Of a DNA stretch of 64,000 nucleotides, positions 1 to 10,487 are shown piece after piece. Every line of letters starts with the position of its first letter. Position 1 is the first letter of the stretch. The notes beneath the pieces are model-generated. The model was not told where the DNA came from, did no database searches, and saw nothing but the letters and a program-made list of their open reading frames with translations. Source of the DNA: Victivallis vadensis (GTDB lineage Bacteria; Verrucomicrobiota; Lentisphaeria; Victivallales; GWF2-50-93); the NCBI GenBank assembly GCA_945883805.1, contig CAMCYE010000004.1, forward strand, positions 9,917 to 73,916, written 5' to 3'. The translations under genes were made by a program, and so were the position numbers.

Positions 1-1005
1 GAAGTGGAAATGGCCGAACTCCTGAATGAAATGGTTCCGTACCTGGAAATGATGCGCATGGTCAATTCCGGGACTGAAGCTGTTATGACGGCTCTCCGTC
101 TTGCCAGAGGATTCACCGGAAGAAACAAGATACTGAAATTCGAAGGATGTTATCACGGTCATGCAGATTATCTTCTTGTCGCCGCAGGAAGCGGACTTCT
201 GACCGGAGGGATAACGAGTTCAGCCGGTGTGGCCCCGTCCGCAGTGGCCGATATTCTTGTAGCCCATTACAACGACACCGCTGCGGTGAAAAAGATATTT
301 GAAAAGTACGGAAAGGAAATTGCCGCAGTGATCGTCGAGCCGGTTGCCGGAAACATGGGGCTTGTAAAACCTGAACCCGGATTCCTTGAGACCTTAAGGG
401 AGTTCACATCCGATTCCGGCGCCATTTTGATTTTTGACGAGGTCATCACAGGATTCCGCCTTGCCGCAACAACCTACGGAAAAATCTGCGGAATCACTCC
501 CGACCTGACGACTCTCGGAAAAATAATCGGAGGCGGAATGCCCATCGGAGCTGTCGGAGGTAAAGCTGAAATAATGAAAAAACTTGCTCCGCTCGGACCG
601 GTTTACCAGGCGGGAACGCTCAGCGGAAATCCGGTCGCACTTGCGGCGGGAATCGCAACCCTGAATATTCTCAAAAAAGAGAATCCATATCCGAGACTTG
701 CGAAGTTCGCAAAAAAAATTACCGATGCCGTGGAAGCCGAAGCCAAGGAAAAATCTTTTGAAATTCATTGCGCAACCGAGGGCGGAATGTTCACAATCTT
801 TTTCACCGATAAAAAACCATTGAGGAATCTGGATGAGATAAAGGCCTGCGACACTGCGAAGTTCGCAAACTTTTTCAGGGCGATGCTGAAAAACGGGATT
901 TATCTCTCGCCGTCTCAGTTCGAACTGGATTTCATATCATCCGCGCATACTGAAAAAGATATTGACCTCTTTATCGAGTCGTTCAGAAAATCCCTCAGCA
1001 GGTAA
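1..1005 (+). CDS. hemL: Glutamate-1-semialdehyde 2,1-aminomutase (5' partial, runs off window start)
   Basis: Motifs NSGTEA, FEGCYHGH, FDEVITGFR, GKIIGGGMP, QAGTLSGNP. Confidence 0.96.
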   Translation, partial: EVEMAELLNEMVPYLEMMRMVNSGTEAVMTALRLARGFTGRNKILKFEGCYHGHADYLLVAAGSGLLTGGITSSAGVAPSAVADILVAHYNDTAAVKKIFEKYGKEIAAVIVEPVAGNMGLVKPEPGFLETLREFTSDSGAILIFDEVITGFRLAATTYGKICGITPDLTTLGKIIGGGMPIGAVGGKAEIMKKLAPLGPVYQAGTLSGNPVALAAGIATLNILKKENPYPRLAKFAKKITDAVEAEAKEKSFEIHCATEGGMFTIFFTDKKPLRNLDEIKACDTAKFANFFRAMLKNGIYLSPSQFELDFISSAHTEKDIDLFIESFRKSLSR

Positions 1006-1076
1006 AACCAAAGAAGTCTCGACGCACTCCACTGTCAAATCAGGCGCCCAAGCCACAACCTTTGTGAAACGCCAGC

Positions 1077-1118
1077 CCTAGTCGCACGCCACGGCGCGTA
1101 CGCCATAGGCGGGTAAAC
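1077..1118 (+). repeat. Variant copy of the 36-bp CCTGGTCGCC...GGTAAAC element inside a REP-like hairpin
   Basis: CCTAGTCGC...CCATAGGCGGGTAAAC lies between GCCAGC and ACCTTGCCGGC. Confidence 0.65.
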
Positions 1119-1140
1119 ACCTTGCCGGCATCCTTTTTAA

Positions 1141-1209
1141 TGTGGCACAGGCGTCTCGCCTGTTCTTATTTCTTTCTTCTTGAATTACAGGAAAGACGCC
1201 TGTACCACA
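1141..1209. repeat. REPIN-like inverted REP pair
   Basis: TGTGGCACAGGCGTCTCGCCTGT...ACAGGAAAGACGCCTGTACCACA; closely similar copy at 51012-51076. Confidence 0.85.
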
Positions 1210-1255
1210 CTTAAAAATGCCTACGCATCAAACTTTGAAATTCATATATTTGGAT

Positions 1256-1861
1256 TTATTTTGCGTTCTTCGCAAGATATGAAGCAACCCCCTCCGCAGT
1301 GGGTTTCATGCCTTCGTCGCCGCTGCGCCAGTTTGCGGGGCAGACCTCTCCAAATTCTTCCGTGAACTGGACCGCGTCCACCATCCTCAGAGCTTCATCC
1401 ACGTTTCTGCCAAGCGGCAGGTCGTTGACCACCGAATGGCGCACAACACCTTTTTTGTCTATCAGAAAAAGGCCGCGGAGGGAAATGGCGTCATTGAAGA
1501 GAATCCCGTATTTTCTGGAAATATCCTTATTGAGATCGGAAACCATGGGAAACTGGATATTTCCTATTCCGCCCTTGTTGACGGGCGTATTCTTCCAGGC
1601 AAGATGAGTGAAATGCGAATCAACCGATACTCCTATCACTTCGCAGTTTCTCCGTTTGAACTCGGGCAGTTTTTTGTCGAACGCGATAATTTCCGAAGGG
1701 CATACGAATGTGAAGTCGAGAGGATAAAAGAAAAGCACAACGTATTTCCCGAGGAAGGACGACAACGCAAATTTCTCGTTGAATGTATTGTCGGGCATCA
1801 CCGTTGTCGCGGTAAAATCCGGAGCCTGCATGGTCACCAGCACGTTTAGAGAGTTGCACAT
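1256..1861 (-). CDS. ahpC: 2-Cys peroxiredoxin (AhpC/Tsa)
   Basis: FYPLDFTFVCPSE and GEVCPANW. Confidence 0.93.
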   Translation of the reverse strand: MCNSLNVLVTMQAPDFTATTVMPDNTFNEKFALSSFLGKYVVLFFYPLDFTFVCPSEIIAFDKKLPEFKRRNCEVIGVSVDSHFTHLAWKNTPVNKGGIGNIQFPMVSDLNKDISRKYGILFNDAISLRGLFLIDKKGVVRHSVVNDLPLGRNVDEALRMVDAVQFTEEFGEVCPANWRSGDEGMKPTAEGVASYLAKNAK

Positions 1862-2042
1862 GGTCGTTTCCTTTCTGTTCAGAGGTTACCTTTGGTATTT
1901 TATATCGACAGCTAACCCTAACCCCTCAAAATTAAATGTCAAAGTTGAATTTTACTTGCTAAAAATGAAGATAACATTATTCTATGTTTTTCCTGTTCGT
2001 GAAAAGTATTCGAATCCATAAATAAATAAACGGAGCCATATC

Positions 2043-3239
2043 ATGAAAGTTGTTGTTGCATATTCGGGCGGACTCGACACGTCGGTAATCGTCAAATGGG
2101 TCAAGGAGACATACAATGCCGAAATCATAACCTTCTGTGCCGATGTCGGACAAGAGGAGGAGCTTGACGGCCTTGACGAAAAAGCGAAAAAGACGGGCGC
2201 AAGCAAATCCTACATTCTGGATCTCACGGAGGAGTTCGCAAAGGATTTCATATTCCCGATGATGCAGGCAAATGCGGTTTATGAGGGCAGTTACCTTCTG
2301 GGAACTTCGATAGCCAGGCCGCTCATCGCAAAGCACCTTGTAAAAATCGCACAGAAGGAAGGCGCCGATTACATCTGCCATGGCGCAACAGGCAAGGGGA
2401 ATGACCAAGTGAGGTTTGAGCTTACCGCATACGCCCTCCAGCCGGACATAAAGATAATCGCCCCGTGGAGGACATGGAAATTCAAATCGCGCACCGACCT
2501 CATCAATTATGCCAAGAAAAACAAGATTCCAATAACGGTCTCGGCCGCAAAACCATACAGCATGGACCGCAATCTCCTTCATATCAGCTTCGAGGGAGGC
2601 ATCCTTGAGGATCCATGGGCGGAACCGCCAAAAGACATGGGGGTTATGACAAGTCCCATTGACAAAGCTTCCGATACGCAGGAATACGCCACTATTGAAT
2701 TTGAAAAGGGGATACCGGTAAAAGTCAACGGTAAAAAGCTTTCGCCCGCGAAACTCATGAAAGAACTAAACAGGGTCGGCGCAAGACACGGTGTCGGCAG
2801 GGTTGACCTTGTTGAGAACCGCTATGTGGGAATGAAGTCGCGCGGTGTTTATGAAACGCCCGGTGGAACAATCCTCCACATGGCACACCGCGCAATGGAA
2901 AGCCTGACAATGGACCGGGAGGTCATGCACCTCCGCGATAGCTGGATCCCGTATTATTCAAAACTTGTCTACAACGGATTCTGGTATGCGCCTGAAAGAG
3001 AGATGATTCAGGTCGCCATAACTGAAAGCCAGAAATTTGTAACCGGTGAAGTAAGGGTAAAGCTTTTCAAGGGGCTCTGCTCCATTGCCGGACGCCGCTC
3101 GAAATACAGCCTCTACGATGCCAATATTGCGACATTTGAAAAAGATGCCGTATATAACCAAGCGGACGCTGAAGGCTTCATCAAGCTCAACGCCCTCAGA
3201 CTGCGTGTGCTCGCAAACAGCAGGCAGAAAAGATACTAA
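2043..3239 (+). CDS. argG: Argininosuccinate synthase
   Basis: [34 protein letters not shown]. Confidence 0.98.
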   Translation: MKVVVAYSGGLDTSVIVKWVKETYNAEIITFCADVGQEEELDGLDEKAKKTGASKSYILDLTEEFAKDFIFPMMQANAVYEGSYLLGTSIARPLIAKHLVKIAQKEGADYICHGATGKGNDQVRFELTAYALQPDIKIIAPWRTWKFKSRTDLINYAKKNKIPITVSAAKPYSMDRNLLHISFEGGILEDPWAEPPKDMGVMTSPIDKASDTQEYATIEFEKGIPVKVNGKKLSPAKLMKELNRVGARHGVGRVDLVENRYVGMKSRGVYETPGGTILHMAHRAMESLTMDREVMHLRDSWIPYYSKLVYNGFWYAPEREMIQVAITESQKFVTGEVRVKLFKGLCSIAGRRSKYSLYDANIATFEKDAVYNQADAEGFIKLNALRLRVLANSRQKRY

Positions 3240-3279
3240 GGAGGCATTTTTCAAGTTGCCCCTACTGAATACATACGAT

Positions 3280-4506
3280 TCATTTGCCGTCAACGCGCGA
3301 GTCATTTCCGTTCGACATGACGGAAAGAGTTTCACGGGCGATCATCAATTCCTCGTTGGTAGGCATCACGATCGCCTTGGACTTGCTTTTCTCTTTTGTA
3401 ATCACGCCGGGCTTGCCCTTGCATGATTCGTTCTTTTCATCATCAAGTTCAAAGCCCAGGGACGCGATTCTGTCAAGAATCATTTTCCTTATATATGAAC
3501 TGTATTCCCCTATGCCCCCGGTAAAGACAATTGCATCGGCTCCGTCGAGAAGGGCATAATATGAACCGGCGTATTTCACTGCGCGCAGAACGAACATGCG
3601 AAGTGCGCGGAGTGCCTGCTGGTCTCCGCTATCGGCCGCATTGATGATGTCGCGCATGTCGCTGCTGTTTATCCCCCCCACTCCGAGAAGACCGCTCTTC
3701 TTGTTGAGCAGCTGGTCCACATCCTGCGCCGACATCCCGAGTTCGACAAGGCGTATGACAACCGCAGGATCGATATCCCCGCACCTTGTTCCCATGACAA
3801 GTCCTTCGAGAGGAGTCATTCCCATTGAAGTGTCGACGACAACGCCTTTATTGATTGCGGTCACGCTACAGCCGTTGCCGAGATGGAATGTTATGAGTTT
3901 AAGCTGATTGAAGGGGATATTGAGGAATTTAGCGGTCGCCCGTGCAACATAATTATGTGATGTTCCGTGAAATCCGTAACGGCGTATCCCGTATTTCGTG
4001 TAAAGCTCATAGGGTATGGCATAAAGGTACGATTCAGGCGGCATTGACTGATGGAAGGCGGTGTCAAATACCGCGACATTGCTGATTCCGGGAAAAATCA
4101 CCTCGCAAGCTTCAATTCCGGAATAGTTCGGGGGATTATGCAGGGGGGCAAGTGCAAAGCAGTCTTTGATGATATCCTTCACATGCCTGTCAACCACAAC
4201 CGGCTTTGTCATCTGCTCACCACCATGGACGACGCGGTGTCCGATGGCTTCAACCTCTTTCAAACTCTGAAGTACCCCCACCTCCTTGTCAACAAGCTTT
4301 TCACAGACCAGCTTGAGGGCGTCGACATGATTCCTTATGTTTGCAATTATCTCAATTCCAATTCCATCGTTCCTCTTATACTGGAATTTTGGTTCTGTGA
4401 GTCCAATCCGTTCAATCTGACCTTTTGCAATCACTTGTTCGGTGTTCATGCTGTAAAGGGTGAATTTGAGGGATGAGCTTCCGGCATTGATGACAAGTAT
4501 TTTCAT
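3280..4506 (-). CDS. ackA: Acetate kinase
   Basis: INAGSSSLK, GHRVVHGG, APLHNP, YGFHGTSH, FTGGIGE, TNEELMIA. Confidence 0.97.
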   Translation of the reverse strand: MKILVINAGSSSLKFTLYSMNTEQVIAKGQIERIGLTEPKFQYKRNDGIGIEIIANIRNHVDALKLVCEKLVDKEVGVLQSLKEVEAIGHRVVHGGEQMTKPVVVDRHVKDIIKDCFALAPLHNPPNYSGIEACEVIFPGISNVAVFDTAFHQSMPPESYLYAIPYELYTKYGIRRYGFHGTSHNYVARATAKFLNIPFNQLKLITFHLGNGCSVTAINKGVVVDTSMGMTPLEGLVMGTRCGDIDPAVVIRLVELGMSAQDVDQLLNKKSGLLGVGGINSSDMRDIINAADSGDQQALRALRMFVLRAVKYAGSYYALLDGADAIVFTGGIGEYSSYIRKMILDRIASLGFELDDEKNESCKGKPGVITKEKSKSKAIVMPTNEELMIARETLSVMSNGNDSRVDGK

Positions 4507-4693
4507 TTATCTTTATCCTCTGTGCTCCGACGCCGAGGCGGGAGTATTCATTGAATTATTTTTCAGGTGGCACTATTGACCCGTAATAGAGATTTAAGAG
4601 CGGAAAAATCAAGAGGGAATTGCAATGTTTTAATTAGGCTCCTTGATTTTTTTTATTTTCAATATCCTTTAAAAGTTAAAAAGGAGGCGACAC

Positions 4694-5620
4694 GTGAAAA
4701 ATATCGAAAAGACTTCCATTACAAGAAGAACCTTCATCAAAGGGGGGATAGCCGCAGGAATTCTGGCCTCAATCTCCCCCTCCGGGATATTTGCTGCGGA
4801 GGACTCCCGACCTGAAATATGGGTGATTCACGGCGAAGACAAAGTGAAACTCATGCAGAAATGCCTGGAAATCATCAATGCCAACGGCGGTTTGGGAAAA
4901 GGGAAAAAATCACTCGCCCTGAAAGTCAACGCCGGATGGGACAGGACGCCGGAAGAAGGCGCCAACACACATCCGGTATTGGTCGATGAATTCCTGAAAG
5001 GGTGCCGTGAAGCCGGCATAAAGGATATTGTCCTCCCTGAATTCTCCTGCCATCCGGCAAACAAGACTTTCATGAAAAGCGGAATATTCGACGCTGCAAA
5101 GAAAAATGATGCTGCAATGATCGACCTGGGAACAGACAAGAAATCATTCGTGAAGGTGAGTCTGGACAAGGGTGTCAAGCTTAAGGAAGTCGAGTTCTCA
5201 AATTATTTCATGGATGCCGACATAGTTGTCAATATGCCAGTCGCCAAACATCACGGCGGAGCCGGACTAACCATGGCCATGAAAAACTGGATGGGGGCGG
5301 TACAAGACCGTGGATTCTGGCATAAGAACGACCTGCACCAGTGCATAGCCGACATTGCGACGTTCATAAAACCGAACTGGACCATAATAGATGCGACAAG
5401 GACCATGTATGACAAAGGGCCACAGGGACCGGCGAATGAACTCAAGATCCAGAATATCCTGATTGTTTCAAAAGACCAGGTTGCCGCCGACGCATACGCG
5501 GCAAAAACCCTTTTCCCCGAGGCAATCTACGAAAAGGCAAAGTACATAAGAATAGCCGGCGAGATGGGTCTGGGAATTATCGATGTCGAAAAAATGAATG
5601 TCAGGAAATTCGAAGTCTAA
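4694..5620 (+). CDS. DUF362-family protein with Tat signal peptide
   Basis: N-terminal TRRTFIK twin-arginine motif; VNMPVAKHHGGAGLTMAMKNWMG typical of DUF362. Confidence 0.8.
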   Translation: MKNIEKTSITRRTFIKGGIAAGILASISPSGIFAAEDSRPEIWVIHGEDKVKLMQKCLEIINANGGLGKGKKSLALKVNAGWDRTPEEGANTHPVLVDEFLKGCREAGIKDIVLPEFSCHPANKTFMKSGIFDAAKKNDAAMIDLGTDKKSFVKVSLDKGVKLKEVEFSNYFMDADIVVNMPVAKHHGGAGLTMAMKNWMGAVQDRGFWHKNDLHQCIADIATFIKPNWTIIDATRTMYDKGPQGPANELKIQNILIVSKDQVAADAYAAKTLFPEAIYEKAKYIRIAGEMGLGIIDVEKMNVRKFEV

Positions 5621-5772
5621 TACGAAAAAATCAAAACAAAAGAATTCACCACTAATCCGCACTAATTTTACACTAACGAATATTTGCTGAGAATTTGCTT
5701 TTGTTGCAAAATCAAATTCTCAGCAAGGATTGTATTTTTAGTTCCTGTAAGTGACCGGTTAGTGCAAATTAG

Positions 5773-5805
5773 CCTGCCAGGGCGTAGCCCCTTGGCGAAG
5801 ACTGG
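5773..5805 (+). repeat. 33-bp CGTAGC..GCGAAG mini-element inside an inverted-repeat host
   Basis: CCTGCCAGGGCGTAGCCCCTTGGCGAAGACTGG splits ATTAG|TGG, the partner of CCACTAAT at ~5649. Confidence 0.65.
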
Positions 5806-5822
5806 TGGTTAAAAATCCTATA

Positions 5823-7079
5823 ATGCCAATCAAATACACAAAAGCCTTCCGCTGGTCTGCAAGGATATTTTTTCTTATTGTCTCCATCCTCCTGATCATG
5901 GCCGGCCCCCTGCCCGTCTGGATGCTGAAAATATTCCAGCCGACCGCAGGATTTATCAGGGAATTCATATTGCTTCCCACATGGATGGCAAAACTTATTC
6001 CCGCATTAAGCCCGCTTTCCTTTTTGTCGTCACTGGAGGCGCATCAGGGAGGCCGTCTGACTGTCCTGTGGATTCTGCCGCCTGCGATACTCGCAGCAGC
6101 GGCGATATTCAAAGGACGTTTTTTCTGCCGCTGGATCTGCCCGCTGGGGACTGTTTACTCTGCCGCATGCACGAAAAATTTCAAAAACCACGTTTTCAAA
6201 AAGAAGCTGTCGGGGTATTTGTTCTGGGGAATAATCTTCTCGTCCGCGATTGGATCCCCCTTGTTTCTCCTCCTGGATCCGCTGTCAACGTTCTCTAGGA
6301 TAAACCTTGTGTTTTCAGGGTCGCTTACACTGGCATCAGTCATACCCGGAATCGTCTTTCCCATATTTCTCATTGCAGGAATAATACAGCCGTTATCGTG
6401 GTGTTCGCATTTCTGCCCGCTCGGACACATGGTCGACCTAATACACAAAACGGACGTCAGGTATTCTGAAAGATTCAGAGGAGAAAGACGTGAAATAATG
6501 ACGGCGCTCCTATTCTCCATCCCTCTGGCCATGTTCGTAAAGAAAAATCCACTGGTCAAGGATGAAGGCTATCCGCTCCTTCCTCCCGGAGCCGGCAATA
6601 AAAACACTTTCTCATCGCTGTGTACAAGGTGCTACGCCTGCGTAAATGTGTGCCCGACAAAAATTCTGGCTGTTGGCTTCCCCGACAACGCCGATGTCGG
6701 CAGATGGTTTGAGCCCGAGATGAACGCATACAGGGGGACATGCCAGGAATCATGCAACAACTGTACGCAGGTCTGCCCGACCGGTGCGATTAAAAAACTC
6801 TCATTTGAAGAGAAACACAATACACAGCTCGGTGTCGCTCAAGTGACCAAATCGAAATGCATCGCCTGGAAAGACGGCGAATACTGCATGGTCTGCGACG
6901 AATTCTGCCCGTACAAGGCAATTGACATTGACAGTTCGGAAAGCGGCCTTGCACGACCGGTCGTCAACCCGGAAATATGCAGGGGATGCGGAATATGCCA
7001 GAACGCCTGCCCCGTAAGGAAAAACGGAGCCGCCATTGTAGTGCACGGCGTAAAGGAACAGAAAAGAATAAGAAAATAA
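5823..7079 (+). CDS. Membrane polyferredoxin (NapH/MauN-like membrane part plus NapG/MauM-like 4Fe-4S domains)
   Basis: TM segments, FCRWICPLG and WCSHFCPLG, several CxxCxxCxxxCP; ATG 5823 preferred because the GTG start overlaps a repeat. Confidence 0.82.
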   Translation: MPIKYTKAFRWSARIFFLIVSILLIMAGPLPVWMLKIFQPTAGFIREFILLPTWMAKLIPALSPLSFLSSLEAHQGGRLTVLWILPPAILAAAAIFKGRFFCRWICPLGTVYSAACTKNFKNHVFKKKLSGYLFWGIIFSSAIGSPLFLLLDPLSTFSRINLVFSGSLTLASVIPGIVFPIFLIAGIIQPLSWCSHFCPLGHMVDLIHKTDVRYSERFRGERREIMTALLFSIPLAMFVKKNPLVKDEGYPLLPPGAGNKNTFSSLCTRCYACVNVCPTKILAVGFPDNADVGRWFEPEMNAYRGTCQESCNNCTQVCPTGAIKKLSFEEKHNTQLGVAQVTKSKCIAWKDGEYCMVCDEFCPYKAIDIDSSESGLARPVVNPEICRGCGICQNACPVRKNGAAIVVHGVKEQKRIRK

Positions 7080-7200
7080 CGTCTGCAACCGACACCGCAT
7101 CCCGGAAAATCAAGATTTCCTCCTTGATAAAAGGCTTTCTCCAGTTAGAATATGCAGGGTAAAAACAATTAAATACATTATAATAATGGAGCAGATACCA

Positions 7201-8073
7201 ATGCCGAAACTATCGCTTGGAATACCGAAGGGCAGTCTTGAAGTGACGACTGCGGAAATGTTTGCAAAAGCCGGATATAAGATACAGATAAGCTCAAGGT
7301 CATATTACCCCTCAATCGACGACCCCGAAATCGAATGCATGCTCATCAGGGCGCAGGAAATGGCGAGATATGTAGAGGAAGGCGTACTTGACTGCGGGCT
7401 CACCGGCAAGGACTGGATAGAGGAAAACAACTCCGACGTGGTGGAAGTCGCCGAACTGGTTTACGGGAAAGTCGGACGCAAGCCGCTCAAATGGGTTCTG
7501 GCAGTTCCGGAAAACTCGAAGATCAAAGGCCCGAAGGATCTTGAAGGCAAGCGCATAGCCACGGAAGTCGTGGGCCTGACCAAGCGCTATCTTGCAAAAC
7601 ACAAGGTGAAAGCATCAGTCGAATTCAGCTGGGGCGCAACGGAAGTCAAGCCTCCGCGCCTCGCCGACGCAATTGTTGAAATAACCGAAACAGGCTCCTC
7701 TTTGAAAGCCAACAATCTCAGAATCATTGACGTCCTCTGCGAAAGCACAACCCGCTTCATTGCGAACAAGGACATCATGAAAGATAAATGGAAACGGGCG
7801 AAGATAGAAAAACTCGCACTCCTGCTCAAGGCAGTTCTTAAAGCCGAAGGCAAAGTCGGGCTCATGCTCAACATACAGAAAAAGAATCTCGACAAGGTGC
7901 TCGGAAAACTCCCCGCCCTTGAAAGACCTACCATTTCCCCTCTTGCAGAAGACGGATGGTGTGCCCTCAATACAATCGTGGACGAACACATCGTCAGGGA
8001 TCTTATTCCAGAACTAAAAAAGGCCGGAGCGTCCGGCATCGTCGAGTACCCTCTGAACAAAATAGTGGAATAA
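7201..8073 (+). CDS. hisG: ATP phosphoribosyltransferase, long form
   Basis: [26 protein letters not shown]-terminal regulatory domain. Confidence 0.95.
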   Translation: MPKLSLGIPKGSLEVTTAEMFAKAGYKIQISSRSYYPSIDDPEIECMLIRAQEMARYVEEGVLDCGLTGKDWIEENNSDVVEVAELVYGKVGRKPLKWVLAVPENSKIKGPKDLEGKRIATEVVGLTKRYLAKHKVKASVEFSWGATEVKPPRLADAIVEITETGSSLKANNLRIIDVLCESTTRFIANKDIMKDKWKRAKIEKLALLLKAVLKAEGKVGLMLNIQKKNLDKVLGKLPALERPTISPLAEDGWCALNTIVDEHIVRDLIPELKKAGASGIVEYPLNKIVE

Positions 8074-8084
8074 TGCTAAAAAAT

Positions 8085-8192
8085 TGAATATCCAATATCG
8101 AACACGGAATATCCAATTACGAAGTGAAGATTAAAACCATGGAATTAATCTCCTTGGATATTGGAAGTTGAGTGTTGGATATTGGGTGTTCG
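8085..8192. repeat. Inverted pair of degenerate heptamer arrays (TATCCAA/TTGGATA)
   Basis: AATATCCAATATCGAAC...TTGGATATTGG..TTGGATATTGGGTGTTC between convergent genes. Confidence 0.7.
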
Positions 8193-8206
8193 AGAAGGAA
8201 TAAAAA

Positions 8207-10168
8207 TCAGAATTTCAGTCCAAATTTCCTGATTTTCCTGTAAAGGGTGCTTCGTCCGACGTTCATGATTTTCGCAGCTTCGCTCATATTGCCGTTTGCC
8301 AGCCTGATCGCCTTCTGGCAGATGGCTTTTTCACTGCTTTCCATATTGAGTTTCTCCTGAAGCAGGGGATCGCTTATCTGCAACTCCGGCGGATCCTTGT
8401 AGAGCAGTGCCATACGGAACTGTCCGGGCAGATCCTTCCAAGTGATAAGTTCCTCCCCGCTGTTGAGCATGACGGCAAACTCAATGGCATTACGGAGCTC
8501 CCTTATGTTACCTGGCCAGGAATACGATTTGAAGTTCTTCATCATTTCCTCATCGACCCCTTTCACCTTCTTACCCATTATTTCGTTGAAATATTCGATA
8601 AAATAACGGACAAATTCAGGTATGTCCTCAACACTTTCGGAAAGCGGAGGCAGGCTTATGGATGAGACATTGAGGCGATAATAGAGATCCTCCCTGAATT
8701 CACCTTTCTCGATGAGAACCGGAATCTCCTTGTTGGTGGCGGCGATAATCCTTATGTTAATCGGGGTTCCTTTACTTTCTCCGATGCGTGTTATGGTGTG
8801 TTCCTCAAGGAGGCGGAGCAGTTTTGCCTGCAGTTCCACGGGCATGTCGCCTATCTCATCGAGGAAGACGGTGCCCTTGTCTGCGAACTCGAGCTTGCCT
8901 ATGCGTCCTCCCCTGCTGGCGCCTGTGAATGCGCCTTCGGCATAGCCGAAAAGCTCGCTTTCCGCAATTTCCCTTGGAATCGCAGCGCAGTTGATGGCTA
9001 CGAAAGGATGTTTTTTCCTGCTGCTGGCATTGTGGATGCTGTGCGCGAAAATCTCCTTGCCCGTACCGCTGGGACCGTATAGGAGGATGTTAACTGAGGT
9101 CTTCGCGGCACGCATCGCCAATTCTTTAGCCATGACAAGATTCGAAGAACGCCCGATAATATTGTCAAAGGTATATTTCGCTTCGGAAACTGTTTCATTG
9201 CTTGTACCGCTTCTTTCACCCTTTTCGTTGAATATCAGTATGCTTCCTAGAAACTCGTCGGCTTCACTGTACAGCGGAACTTTTTCATAAGTGACATCAA
9301 GATGGCGGTCGGAAATGAGGATTTCCATTTTCTTGTCAGTGCAGGCTATCGCGCTCTGTGCAATTTCCTTCACTGAAGGTTTGAAAGATGCAAGATTCTC
9401 CAGATTCTTCTCCTTCCCCCCCCTGTTGACGAAATCAAAAAACTCCATTGCTGCAGGATTCATTTGGCGTATATAGCCATTCCTGTTAATCATGACAATC
9501 GGTTTCAAGTCGTCATTGTATATGCGGGTGAACTGCTTTTTCAAATCTTTGTAAAGGTCTTTAAACCTGGTAACACGCAAATCCCTGTCATAAAGCTGAA
9601 TCAGGAAAAGAATTACAATTCCCAGCAGCAGTGCATCGGTTTCCGGCAGGAGGCCGATAAGCGACAGGTAGCCCTTCAGCGTGCCGTCAATGCCGTAAAA
9701 GGGGGCGGCTGCAGCAGAGAAAGAATGAAACTTCTTAAGAAAATGTTCGGCTCCATGACAGAAGGAGGGCTGTCCGCTCCTGATGGAAAGGGCAATGGCG
9801 TTGGTGCCTGCGTACCTTTCATTGAGAGTTGACGAGGCAATCATCCCCGAAGTTTTAAGAAGTTCCGATATTTCCTGGTTATGTGAGGAGATTTCGAGAA
9901 TCCTGCCTTCGGGAGAACATAAAAGCCAAGCAACCCTGGAAACGGAAATACTCTTCAGTGGCCCGTCTATCAGAGATTTCAACCTGGCGGTGAATTCATC
10001 CTCGGGACGCGGGGGCGCATCTCCTGGGGAGGGAGGCAACTGGCCGCCAAACGGATCCAACCCGAACTCAACCGACCTCAGCCAGCTTTCATAAATACAT
10101 TCCCTGACAGGTGGCTTCTGGCGTTCCTTGACGAAGAGCGCCCAGTCGTTATTATTGGCATATCTCAT
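8207..10168 (-). CDS. Sigma-54-dependent enhancer-binding activator (AcoR-like GAF-PAS-AAA+-Fis HTH)
   Basis: GTNAIAL/GAEHF GAF, GPSGTGKE, ESELFGYAEGAFTGA, WPGNIREL, RSTLYRK. Confidence 0.93.
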   Translation of the reverse strand: MRYANNNDWALFVKERQKPPVRECIYESWLRSVEFGLDPFGGQLPPSPGDAPPRPEDEFTARLKSLIDGPLKSISVSRVAWLLCSPEGRILEISSHNQEISELLKTSGMIASSTLNERYAGTNAIALSIRSGQPSFCHGAEHFLKKFHSFSAAAAPFYGIDGTLKGYLSLIGLLPETDALLLGIVILFLIQLYDRDLRVTRFKDLYKDLKKQFTRIYNDDLKPIVMINRNGYIRQMNPAAMEFFDFVNRGGKEKNLENLASFKPSVKEIAQSAIACTDKKMEILISDRHLDVTYEKVPLYSEADEFLGSILIFNEKGERSGTSNETVSEAKYTFDNIIGRSSNLVMAKELAMRAAKTSVNILLYGPSGTGKEIFAHSIHNASSRKKHPFVAINCAAIPREIAESELFGYAEGAFTGASRGGRIGKLEFADKGTVFLDEIGDMPVELQAKLLRLLEEHTITRIGESKGTPINIRIIAATNKEIPVLIEKGEFREDLYYRLNVSSISLPPLSESVEDIPEFVRYFIEYFNEIMGKKVKGVDEEMMKNFKSYSWPGNIRELRNAIEFAVMLNSGEELITWKDLPGQFRMALLYKDPPELQISDPLLQEKLNMESSEKAICQKAIRLANGNMSEAAKIMNVGRSTLYRKIRKFGLKF

Positions 10169-10227
10169 GAAAACAATATAGTTTTTCTTTCAGGTAAATT
10201 CAAAGTAGGAATTTATTTGTCTGAATT

Positions 10228-10475
10228 ACCTTTGGATATTGGATATTCGCTTTGAATTAGGCGACGTTGCCGCAACTTTTGAACAATCGAATATCGAACA
10301 GCCGAATTACGAATTAGAAATTACGAATTAGAAATTGAAATTAGTTGGAGTTCACGGCCCTGGTCGCCTTTGGCGCTGCCTGAGGCAGGTAAACTTTAGC
10401 GTGTCTTTTTCTCTAAACCTTGGTCTCTCGGCCACTTGGCCTCTCGGGCACTTGGAATCTTTTGATAACTTTGAA
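10228..10475. repeat. Composite repeat cluster: heptamer arrays plus a GGAG-type REP carrying the 36-bp element (10359-10394)
   Basis: GAATTAC/GAATTAG arrays; GGAGTTCACGGC|36 bp|TTTAGCGTGTC; TTGAATTAGGCGRCGTTGCCGCAA shared with 52874. Confidence 0.8.
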
Positions 10476-10487
10476 ATTCCTATACGT

